From the NCBI GenBank assembly GCA_946965045.2, contig OX337238.1, forward strand, positions 2,108,001 through 2,172,000: DNA of 64,000 nucleotides, given 5' to 3'. The translations under genes and the position numbers were made by a program. How positions within the stretch are numbered: position 1 is the first letter of the stretch; every line of letters begins with the position of its first letter. Shown here piece after piece: positions 33,261 through 44,000 of the stretch. Source of the stretch: Epithemia pelagica. Taxonomy: Eukaryota > Protista > Bacillariophyta. Below the pieces are notes generated by a model. The model worked only from the letters and a program-made list of their open reading frames with translations, had not been told where the DNA came from and made no database searches.

Positions 33261-36239
33261 CCATGCACGTTCCAGGTAGCTCAGGTTTTGTCGGAGCAAT
33301 GAAACGACAGAAAACCCGGATTTGACGTCATATTTCCGGGTTTTTCGTGACGTGTCACGCTCCAGGTTTGGTTTTGTAATTTGTAAATGCTATAGGGTCA
33401 GCCTCAAGAGTCCAAAGAGAACAGAGAAAGAGAGAAAGCGGTGGATGGCATTTAAAATGCAAAAAAGCCTCTGAGGCAAATATAGCATGAACCGTACTGT
33501 TGTTTTCGGTTCCCCCTTGGCATTTCAATCCCATCATTTGACGCTCCTTTTACATCGCTCGAGCCTCTTGCAAACACCCCAAACAAATTGTGGGCAATGA
33601 GGAATGAACGAGACCTCCAAAACAGCGACGAGAGAGATAAGGAATGTCGAATTGTCTTCAGCTCACACGCTCACACCAAGTATCCTCGGCCATTCCCTGG
33701 AAACCAGCTCACTTGTGGACGTTCCTTGGACCTGGGTCAGACTTGTCGGCCAGAATGCTCTGTTTCATGAGCCGTTCAGGATAACAACCGGCTTGGACCA
33801 ACAGAGATGAGTGGCCAGCCGGCAAGAACTCTGACGCGTTTTTAGTGTCGAACTTTCTTGAACTTGGCCCTTTTCCTCGTCCGACGAATCTGTTGTGTGG
33901 ACAATGACCGTAAACTGCCGTATAGGGTAACTGTAGAAGGAAAAAAAGTGTTTTTTTTTCATGGATTAATGGATCGTTTCCCTTGTCTCTCTCTAATGGA
34001 CGACTCTGATGGGCAAGAGAGATGATCCAGCCTTTCTTGCGGTGGCTGAGACTTCGAGTAGGTAGTACCAAGTCATTCCTTGAGCATATCATGTTGTTTG
34101 TATAGCTTTGGAAAAGACAGTTCGCATCTGCCTCTATACCACGATCCAAGCATAAGAAGCATACATTGGCCAATTATATGAATGCCAACAACACCAACAG
34201 CCTGTCCACCTTGAAAACGACGAACAACTCCCACGTACCAACAAGGAGAGTGAGACAAGCTGATGGCAATCGAGTTTGGCCAATCTATTCGTGAAATAAA
34301 ATGTCAAGACTTTTGCCAGTGGAAGGAGATGGAAGGAAGGTGTAGTTCCGGAGGTTGAAATTATGGGGAAAATGGATCAGGAACTCCTGCTAACCCAAAC
34401 ACTTGTGTCCTACAATTTCACAGCAAAGGACAACCGTATATACTTGTAGTGTTTTTCTTGATCTTGTTAATAAGCTTGCAAATATGCTGTCTTATGAATA
34501 CTATTGATTTGGGGAAACGCTCCTATTGCTGTCCCTTTGAGGTGTTGACAGTGCTTCCGCTCCTTGTGAAGGTGCTGGAGTTGATTGGGGTTTGGGGAAA
34601 CACTCCTATTGCTGTCCCTTTGCAGTGCCCACAATTTCTGCCTTGGAATTACAACCAACTGGAGGTGCTGGAGTTGGTTGTAAATCCAAGGCAGAAATTG
34701 TGGGCTCCAAATGTTCTTTGAACCAAATCGAATCCAGCCCCTTTGGCATTGCGAAATTATTCACCTCCGTCAAAGAGTTGGACACTGCCAAAATTCGTTT
34801 TGTTTCAATACTCTTGGGTGGTTCGGCATTTTCATTTCTTGTCACCAGTGTCTCTACCTCTGTCTGAAAGCTTTGGACCGCAACAGCAGACCACTGTTTG
34901 GAAATCTCCTTCTTCTGTTTAGTTTCTTTGTTGGAGCTTTCAGTGTTGCCAATGCCCAAAGATTGGCACCAGTCATTGAGATTGGAATGTAACCGAGCAT
35001 AGTGTTTGCACTGAATCGCCAAAATAGTCACGTTCCACTCCTTGTCCACCAGAACAACAAACAAATCTGGTCCTTGGGCATTTGGTACCCCCTGGGATAC
35101 TACAAAGCAAGTGTTGTTTTTCACTTCGTTTTGGCTGAAAAAAGGCTCTTTAAGAGCAAGTTCCGACAGTTCTTCCTTCAAATCCTCTTCGCGCATTTCT
35201 TCATTCTTCCGACGGCTGCGTGGCCACCCATTCTCTAACTCGTGTGTTTCGGTTGCATATCCTTGCACCTCAAATAGCCTCATACAGTGAAGAGATACGA
35301 CCTCCTCAAACTGCTTTCCCATTGATGGAAGCAACAATTTCGTACTCCCGGAGCACGACAAGTACTTCAGGGCGTTGGATGTGCCGTTCCTCCTTGCCAG
35401 TCCCTTCTCAAATAAGGTGTCGTATTTCTCCTCGAAAAACAGCTCCATGGCAACGTTCTTGTCATTGGAACCTTCCGAATCACCTCCTTTTGCGACTCCC
35501 GATCCCTCACTTGGCTCTCCTTTTTCTTGGATAACATTGTTGTACAAAGCGTTCTTCACATTCATCAAATGACTCTCAAGTTGGGACTCCAGTTCATTCC
35601 TGGTCTTGTCGTTCGACTGGTTGATCGCTTTATTCAGTGCCTCCTCCTGGTGGTAGACAAATGCGCAACGTAGCAATAGTTCCCGATCCTGGTTTTCCAA
35701 CTCACCCACAGTATTGGTTCGCAAATAGTACCGCACAGGGTAGTCCATTATGTGCTGATAAGACGTAATGGCTTTCAGTCGTTCCGTATAGCGTGTTTCT
35801 TTTGTAGTCACACCATATGCATCTACCTCATGTTCTATAGCACGTAGGATTGGTAAGACTCCTCGAAAGAACATCCTGGCATTGGTCCTCAGAATGCGGC
35901 AATATCCGACCTCAAGAGCAGCCTTCACAGCATTGTGCAATTCCTGCTCCTTCCGCAGCAGGTTTTCTAAATTTGGTTGCTTCATTGTTACTATCTTGAC
36001 AAGGCTCGGACTTGTGCCGACTCGACCTCTGTGGATGGCGTCTGTGCCAGTTCCAACAAGAACGAGTTGCACGCGCCCTTTAGGACGTACAAGATACCTG
36101 TGACGTTCAATTATTTCCTCGACGCAAGAGACAAGACCCTCCACAAGGTCAATGTTTGTTGCTTCATCGATGACGATGGCCACCTTTTCAGGTCTTTCAT
36201 TCTTTGGAAATTCACCCTCAAGCCATTTCTGAACATACG
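33261..36239. repeat. Copy 2 of the tandem duplication, containing the empty E1 target site
   Basis: gagagaaag|cggtgg at 33430..33444 carries a single GAAAG. Confidence 0.95.
34508..34621. repeat. 31-bp direct repeat pair spanning the NTPase-REase stop codon
   Basis: tttggggaaacRctcctattgctgtcccttt at 34508..34538 and 34591..34621; also present in the duplicated copy near 24359..24472. Confidence 0.8.
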
Positions 36240-37854
36240 GCTCCTTGCCTGATTTTATAGCACTATATGCGTTTCTGAATACGTCGAAGGCCCATTGATT
36301 CCTGCTTTCGTTCACAGTGGATTTCATCCACGCCAAACCAGCCGCCACGTCGGATTCTCCACTTTTGATCTCGCCGCAACATACTATCAACTTTCGTAGA
36401 AGTTCACAGACTTGGGGATACTTGATGGGGGCTTCTAGAACACTCTTTTCTCGAATCCTGAAAGACTCGGTATTTAGACGCTTGTACAACACCAAAAAGC
36501 CATTTTCTCGTGCTTTTTGGCATGAGAAAACGCTTTTGCCACTCCCACTTTCTCCTGCCACCACTATAGCGAACTCTTTGTCCACACGTGTTCCAAAGGG
36601 ATCGTTACTAGTAGCTACTTCTGTGTCCACATACAATGTCGAAGGCTTCACAATTCTTTCATCTTCTTCTTCTTCAATGTCTTTCAAGGGTTTTGGCGAC
36701 GGAATTTCAGCCTTCAGTCTCTTGAAAGTATACTCCCCAAGTATCTCATTCAGTTCCGAGGCGCCGAGTCTTTTTGTTCTTATTATGTTCTCCTTGCCGC
36801 TGGCGACGTCCGTAAACTTGGTTTGAATCTCTTGAATTTTGACAGCACGTGTACTTTGGGTGATGATGGAATCAAGCTTTTCTCTCCTTGCGTCATCGTC
36901 ATTCCATTCCAATCCAAATAAATCTTTCTCATTTTCCCCAGAAAGACACTTCACAACAATATCCCAATTTTTAATCGCTTCGCTGTTTTCCCTCTTTTTT
37001 AGCCCATCAATAAGTCTCCTCAAAAACTCACTTTGAAGGAGGGTATCATCTTTGGATTCTGTCTCTCCTACCGAATCCTCCATCATTTGCCCTGTGACTG
37101 CATCGTTCAACATTTCCTCACCACCAGCAACACTAATAGGCTTTAGTGTCAAATCCAAAAATGAATTCAAGTCCTCCTCTTTGCCGCTATTGATCCATTT
37201 CCGAATCCCTTCCCATAACTCCTTCAGTGTTTTCTTTTCGTCCTCTTCCTCTAGGTTGTTGTTTTCGCGTTGTGAATCTATATCTTTCACGATTTCTTCA
37301 GCTATATCATTGCTGACAGTTTTCTTTTCTTCCTCCGTCAATCGACTTAAAATTTGTTGGAAGTGAGAAACATAAGCAAAGTGCGATGTTTCGTCATCGT
37401 CATTCGATCGCGAATGCTTTGAAAGACTGTCATTCGGGAGAGGGGATCCTTCTCGTTTGGCATTTGACGATGCCGCACTGGGACGAGTCGTGTCGTCCTT
37501 GTTGTCGTCCGTGCCAAACAAGGAGGACATTTTGGACCGAAAATCTTGGACAGCCTTGTCATTGTAATCGTCCTCCTCCAAATAATCGTCGTCGTCGTCC
37601 TCGTCCTCCTCATCATCGTCTTCATTTTTGGAGGTTTCTTCAAAATCATTGTAAAAGGCAGTCAATGGAGGTGCGAATCTCCTCGTTTCATGGAATGCTG
37701 GACAACTGGATATTTGATAAAATGGTCTCTTGCCATTCTTGGTCGTCGTACTAGCACCACCAAAGGCGGAACAACCCCACAGACCTCCATGGACCATCAC
37801 GAGCAGCACCGTCCCGAAAGCAACGAACCATCGAGGAAATATGATCATTTTCAT
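34606..37854 (-). CDS. Signal/plastid-targeting-like N-terminus fused to a P-loop NTPase and a C-terminal PD-(D/E)xK-like domain (Crinkler/RHS-like effector)
   Basis: MKMIIFPRWFVAFGTVLLVMVHGGLWGCSAFGG; Walker A AGESGSGKS, Walker B VAIVIDEA; GPDLFVV...ILAIQCKHY nuclease-like motif; intact ORF of about 1080 aa. Confidence 0.7.
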   Translation of the reverse strand: MKMIIFPRWFVAFGTVLLVMVHGGLWGCSAFGGASTTTKNGKRPFYQISSCPAFHETRRFAPPLTAFYNDFEETSKNEDDDEEDEDDDDDYLEEDDYNDKAVQDFRSKMSSLFGTDDNKDDTTRPSAASSNAKREGSPLPNDSLSKHSRSNDDDETSHFAYVSHFQQILSRLTEEEKKTVSNDIAEEIVKDIDSQRENNNLEEEDEKKTLKELWEGIRKWINSGKEEDLNSFLDLTLKPISVAGGEEMLNDAVTGQMMEDSVGETESKDDTLLQSEFLRRLIDGLKKRENSEAIKNWDIVVKCLSGENEKDLFGLEWNDDDARREKLDSIITQSTRAVKIQEIQTKFTDVASGKENIIRTKRLGASELNEILGEYTFKRLKAEIPSPKPLKDIEEEEDERIVKPSTLYVDTEVATSNDPFGTRVDKEFAIVVAGESGSGKSVFSCQKARENGFLVLYKRLNTESFRIREKSVLEAPIKYPQVCELLRKLIVCCGEIKSGESDVAAGLAWMKSTVNESRNQWAFDVFRNAYSAIKSGKEPYVQKWLEGEFPKNERPEKVAIVIDEATNIDLVEGLVSCVEEIIERHRYLVRPKGRVQLVLVGTGTDAIHRGRVGTSPSLVKIVTMKQPNLENLLRKEQELHNAVKAALEVGYCRILRTNARMFFRGVLPILRAIEHEVDAYGVTTKETRYTERLKAITSYQHIMDYPVRYYLRTNTVGELENQDRELLLRCAFVYHQEEALNKAINQSNDKTRNELESQLESHLMNVKNALYNNVIQEKGEPSEGSGVAKGGDSEGSNDKNVAMELFFEEKYDTLFEKGLARRNGTSNALKYLSCSGSTKLLLPSMGKQFEEVVSLHCMRLFEVQGYATETHELENGWPRSRRKNEEMREEDLKEELSELALKEPFFSQNEVKNNTCFVVSQGVPNAQGPDLFVVLVDKEWNVTILAIQCKHYARLHSNLNDWCQSLGIGNTESSNKETKQKKEISKQWSAVAVQSFQTEVETLVTRNENAEPPKSIETKRILAVSNSLTEVNNFAMPKGLDSIWFKEHLEPTISALDLQPTPAPPVGCNSKAEIVGTAKGQQ

Positions 37855-38943
37855 GATACCAAAATAGAGATGCAAAATCTTTTTTTCTTTTTGGGTGCTC
37901 TGTCGGTTCTGTGAGAGGAGGTGATGGATGGATGTGTGGTGCGTACAATACGTGTGTCCGAATGACCTTGTAGCGGGATTGGGAATCACGGGTGTAAGGG
38001 AATGGTCATTACCTCGTACCGAATTACTACTTTTGGGGAAATCTTCGTTCGTAGTGTAAGCTTAGTCTTTTAGGAACTGGTTTGTACGAAGAGTATAAGA
38101 CAGTTTATCAGACCCAATGGTATCGAAAGATGACGACAACGACGCGAGCTAACACCAGGAATGCCACTACGAACGAGGGGGATGGAAAGCCGGAGGCGGA
38201 GGAAAGTGAATAAATAATCACGGGCGCCCCCTTTGTAACCTACGAAGGGCCTCGCCATGCCTCGCTACGCACCGCCTGGCATCGCCCGGCCCCTAGTTAT
38301 GTGTTCGCTAGTGGGTACCGTGGTCGCTATTTGGCCCCTACGTGAGCGATTTGCCCCAAAAGGGCACCCTTAGTTTAGTCATCATAATTTCTGATAGTTT
38401 GATTGTTGCAAGCCGTATATTGCGTCTGGCCGTCAGTTTTTATTCAGTTTATCAGACCCATACGTCTGTTGTTTCCCCACTGTTCGCCGGACGGCAAGCG
38501 CCTGATCAACGCTCGGGAGTTGTTCGCGCTAAGCGGCTTCGTCACTCGCTCGCTTGCGTCATCTCTGTGACTTGTTTTTGTCACTGTGGGACCCACTCGC
38601 TAATTTGTGACTTGCGACTGCACAACGTACCGTGCACGTGCTCGTACACGTGGACTGTCCATCCACGCGCTCCGTACGACTCAATTATATAAGCCTGCTG
38701 GCTTTTGACACGTGCTTGCTTGCTCGCGGAATCGCCGGTTCGCCGACTCGCGGATTCGCCGATCGCTAGCTCGCTCGCTCGCGGAATCGCCGGATGACTA
38801 CTCGCCGATTCACTCGCAGATTGTTGGCTCACAGAAATTCGCTCCTCTCATCACAATTGCAAATTTCTGCACAAGAACAAGCCTTCCCTTGCCGTCCGTT
38901 TGACCTTCTACTACCCTCCTACCCTTCATCCGACCCTTGAACC

Positions 38944-41022
38944 ATGGCCGCAAATGCCTTCCGTACTGCACTGGGCCGCTGTGGCTACGACAATGCTACC
39001 GTTGGGTACCTAACGCAACAGGGCTTCATGACAACGGATCAGTTCCTGGAGTTTCCTATCAACGAAGTAAAGCCCATGCTGAAGACACTAGCCAAGAACC
39101 TACCCGACGGTGTCACTCTACCCTACCAATTCAACCTGAAGTTCCTTGGCTTCCGAATGTGGTTGGAATACCGTTCTGTCCGTGGTCAGGACCTTGATGC
39201 TGGTGCTTATACTGGTGACGTAATCACCAAGTGGATGAAACGCGTAACGGAACTCGCGAATGCCACCACCACTCATGGTCAGGATGACCCAGTACCACCC
39301 AAAAGGCTAACGAACCTTGCCAATTGGGAACGTCACGACGGAATGTGGCGCACGTACTTGGGTCAGCACCGTAATCTGACAACGGGAGTGCCACTCACCT
39401 ACGTATTGCGTGAGGAGTCCGACGTACCGGACGACGCACTAACCGCCGATTACGACTGCATTGACGACGACCTAGTCGCGACCACTCGTCATGAGGGGGA
39501 CCAGTACAAAGCTGACCGACGCAGAGTGTATGAGCTGTACTACCCTCTTATCTACGATGGCCCGGCCTGGACGTTTGCTAAAACGCACGCGAAATCGAAG
39601 GACGGCCGTGAGGCCTACCTGACCGTCAAGCGGCAAGCCACTGGACAGGCCGCGAGCATCCTGCGCAAGAAACAAGCTTATGCGCAGATCGCAAATGCTA
39701 AGTTTACAGGACGAGGGAAGTACCGCTTCCATGACTACATCCACCGTCACCAACATGCGCACAACACCCTGGAAGAGCTTGGCGAAACGGTCGCAGAAAC
39801 AAAAAAAGTGACCGATTTCATGAATGGGATCACCGATCCGACGCTCGTCCAAGCAAAGACCGTCGTCAACGGTGACCAGGAGAAGTTGTAGAACTTCGAA
39901 GCGTGCCAGCAATACTTCTTGACTGTGCACAGTGCCGCCAAAACCGAAACGCAGGACGACTCTCGAAAGATCGCCGCTGCTAGTACCACCCCAAGCAAAG
40001 GAAAGGGCAAAGGGCGCAATCAGAAAAAGAGCAAGAAGAAGAAGGACCGCGTTCATGCTGGTCACTACGATGCCAACGAATGGGCAGACCTGACGGAGGA
40101 CGAACGCAAACAAGTCCAGGCTCTTCGCAGAGAGCGCAAAGAAAAGCGGAAGCTTGGATCCGTCACCACAGACGACTCTTCCAACGCATCGTCGAAGAGG
40201 TCGAAAACGTCGCATGGGAGTACTGCTGAGGACGCAATCTCAGTAGACATTGATGAAGACGACGCTAAGCCTGAGGCTAAGACCAACGTATCGGTCATTA
40301 TGGAAGTAGACGAGAACTTGCTTGACTCCTCTGTTGACAACGTACCGTCGCCAGACAAGCACTCTAAGTTCCGCGCTTCCACCTCACCTGCAAAATCATC
40401 CGAAGATGATTCGCAGCCGACAAAGTCCTCAGCTGGCAACAGCTTTGGACGTTTTGCGCATAAGGCTAAAGCACAACCGAACAAACCCGGATCTGCATCC
40501 GTCAAATCCGTACGTACTCGCCCCATGGGGGAATACGAGACCTATCCACCGATGTGGCAATGGGAAGAGGACGGACGTCCTGATATGAGTCATATGACCA
40601 TCCCGCCAGTCCCGGAACACGGCGACATCTTTGTGAAGCTGCCGCTACCGGTCAAAGGCAAGTATGCTGAGGGGACTCGCAACGTCTGCTCACTTACCAA
40701 GCATGACCAGAGTATGCTGAAAGGAAGCTTCCGCGAAGAGATCGACACTATTGTACACAATAGTCCAATTTGGTCTTGGCGCTGGTCTAAAATGTCAGGC
40801 TATGAACGAGAAGAGCGCCAAATGTACCATGTGTGCAGACGCTTAGCCGAGCACACGGAAGTGTTCGACGAAGCTTTGAAATACACTATGCTTGCCAATG
40901 GACAATTGGCTGCCGCAGAGCGAAGGCGTAATGTATGCGGTCGTTATTCCGCCGATCTTGAATTCGATGTCCGTGACCCCAATGTCTCTGACAAGTCTGC
41001 CGACATGTCTAATTCCTCCTGA
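38944..41022 (+). pseudogene. E3 gag with a premature TAG at 39889..39891
   Basis: Gag-like PLTYVLR and GPAWTF motifs; GDQEKL*NFEACQQYF continues in frame to TGA 41020..41022. Confidence 0.8.
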
Positions 41023-44000
41023 TGGAGTGTGCCCTGTGTATCCGCTGCCGAAGCAGTAAAAATTGATAAAACGAATCTTATTGTTCAATCGAATGCACAT
41101 GTAGGCACCCATTATAGTTATTCTAAACGTTTCGCACATTGTTTATGTGCTATGAACACTGACCAATATGGTGTTGAGACCATTGAGCTCACCTGTGAGT
41201 TGGACTCACATGCGGACACCTGTGCCGTGGGAAGAGACTTCGCAATGCTCTCCGAAGCCCACCGCTATATCAGTGTGCATCCGTTCGCGGAAGAATATAA
41301 CCCGCTGACCAATGTCCCTATTGCGACTGTTGCTACTGTCTGGACTGACAGCGAAAACCAGTCTTACTTGCTTGTCATCCACCAAGCATTGTTTTTAGGG
41401 GACCGTATGGGCAGTTCGTTACTCTGTCCGAACCAGATGCGTGCCCATGGCATCGTTGTCAACGACGTACCTAAACAGTTTGACCCGCACAGCACGCATA
41501 GTATCCACGTCCCGGATGCCGATCTCACCATCCCGCTCACCATGGCTGGTGTGATAAGTGGTTTCACCACTCGCAAACCCAATTCTGACGAGCTGGAACA
41601 CTTGCCACAAGTTGTGCTAACTGCCGATAGCCCATGGCAACCTCGTTCTGCCGCCTTTGCGGACGCGGAGGAGAAACTGGGTGTAGCTGCCGCTACTGCC
41701 GTTCGCAATGGCGATCCGAATTCGATTGCCGCATCCTCCATTCCACGACTCATCAAAGCAGTGCGAACGTACCAGCATGCTTTTGCCAATCCATCACCCG
41801 ATCTGGACGCCGACGCACAAGGCGACGACCTATACGAACGCTTAATAGCGACGGTCACTGTTCATCCAGAAAAGGAGGAGCCTGATGTAGTCCCGGAGGA
41901 CAAACGTGAACGTCGGCTGTACATGATCAAGACTGCTAACGAGTCTTCCCCAGCCGATCCTGCTGGAAAGGGAGTGCTTGATGCAGCCGTACTGTCACAA
42001 CGTTGGGGCATTGGTTTACCCAAAGCGAAGAATACGCTTAAAGTGACGACGCAGGCTGGAGTACGAAACGTATTAATCCCATCTGAGCGTAAGGTCCGTA
42101 AGAAGGCACCGTGGCTCAAATTCCCTAATGAGAAAGGCCGTTGGTTCTCGGACGAGATGTTTGCCAAGGAAGTATCACTGAACGGGGACACGGGCGCCTC
42201 GATCTTTACAGACGGCAAAGGATTCGACCACGTTTATCCCTGGAAGTCAAAAAAGCAACATCCTGAAGGATTGATGTCTTTGATTACAATGTAGGGATTC
42301 CCCAAACAATGGTATCTGATGGTGCCCGAGAATTGTTCCTAGGGAAGTCCCGTGAAATATGCAACGAATACCGCATAAAGATGGAGAAAACGGTTCCTTA
42401 TAGTCCATGGCAGAACGCCGCCGAAGCGAGCATTCGTGAATTAAAGAAGGGAGTTGTCAAAATTATGAGGACGACCGGCGCACCACGACGTTTATGGAGC
42501 TATGCTCTTAAATGGTGCTCACACGTACGGCAACTCACGGCATCCGATATCCCTGAATTAGATGGACGGACACCGTTCGAGCATGTAATTGGCTCAACGC
42601 CAGACATCTCTCCATTAGCCATGTTCCAATTCTATCAGCCGGTGTATTATCGCATGCCCACGGCACAGTTTCCCTTCGAAAAAAGACTGATTGGCCGATG
42701 GTTGGGTTTAGCCGATGATTGCACCGATGATATGGCCTATGAAATCCTAACGCAAGAGGGCAATCATGTCACACGGAAAGATGTGTGGGCCATTCCGGAA
42801 GACGACCTGAAGAATCCGACGATTCATCAGCAGTTGTTGGACTATGATGCCGCTATTCAAACGCAAATGAAAGAGCCGCCATCTGATGGCACAACTGGGA
42901 GCGATCCACCCCCAGACCTCTTTGACGAAGGTGAACTTCTAGAGCCCTTGTTCCCAGAGGCCGAAGCCCTGGAATCCGACGCGTACACGCCGGAGGAACT
43001 AGACGAATATCTCACCGCTGAAGTCATGCTGCCGCGAGGAGGTGAAAGCGCTCGAGCGAAAATCATCGGACGCACGAAAGATGCTCGCGCTCACCCAATC
43101 CTTGATACCCGGTACTACAATGTACAGTTTCCGGATGGATTGGTCGAGTCGTATGCAACCAATATGATCGCAGAGAATCTGTATTTGCAAGTTGACCCGG
43201 AGGGCAATGCGTTCAACACATTGAAAGCCATTGTGGGTCACCGCAGTGATGAGACCGCAGTTAAGCGAACAGACGCATCGTTCCTTGACGGCACATCACA
43301 CCACACAACGAAAGGCTGGGAATTGCAATGTGAACTGTCCGATCAATTGACTGTTTGGCTGCCGCTCAAAGACGTCAAGAATGGAAATATGATTGAAGCC
43401 GCCGAATACGCAGTATCCACTGGCATCGCAAAAGAGCCTGCTTTCGCATGGTGGGTGCCACGTGCACTTCGCAAACGAGACCGCATTATCAAAAAGGTAA
43501 AGTCACGTTATTGGAAGCGAACGCACAAGTATGGCATTGAGTTGCCCCACTCTGTGGAAGAAGCCCTGGCGATTGACCGCCGAACGGGGACTGACTTCTG
43601 GCGTAAGGCTATTGAGAAAGAAATGAAGAACGTTGGCATTGCTTTCGAATTTCCAGCTGATGGTGAAGTGCCTTCTGGATACAAGCATATTCCCTGTCAT
43701 ATGGTTTTTGACATCAAATCAGACCTGCGACAAAAAGCACGGTTAGTGGCCGGAGGCCACAAAACTGATCCACCCAAAGAATCGACCTATTCTAGTGTGG
43801 TATCACGCGATAGCGTACGCATTGCTTTTACTATCGCTGCACTAAATGGTCTTGATGTTCTCGTCGGGGACGTGCAAAGCGCATATCTCAACGCACCGAC
43901 TAAAGAGAAGAACTATACCACCGCGGGACTCAAATTTGGACCAGATAAGGTTGGACAACCTGCACTGATAGTGCGCGCATTATATGGTCTCAAAAGTTCT

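Noticed and set aside
31177-41022. Selenocysteine decoding of the gag/pol TGA codons
   Set aside because: No SECIS was identified and the position is not a redox site; ordinary readthrough is more parsimonious.
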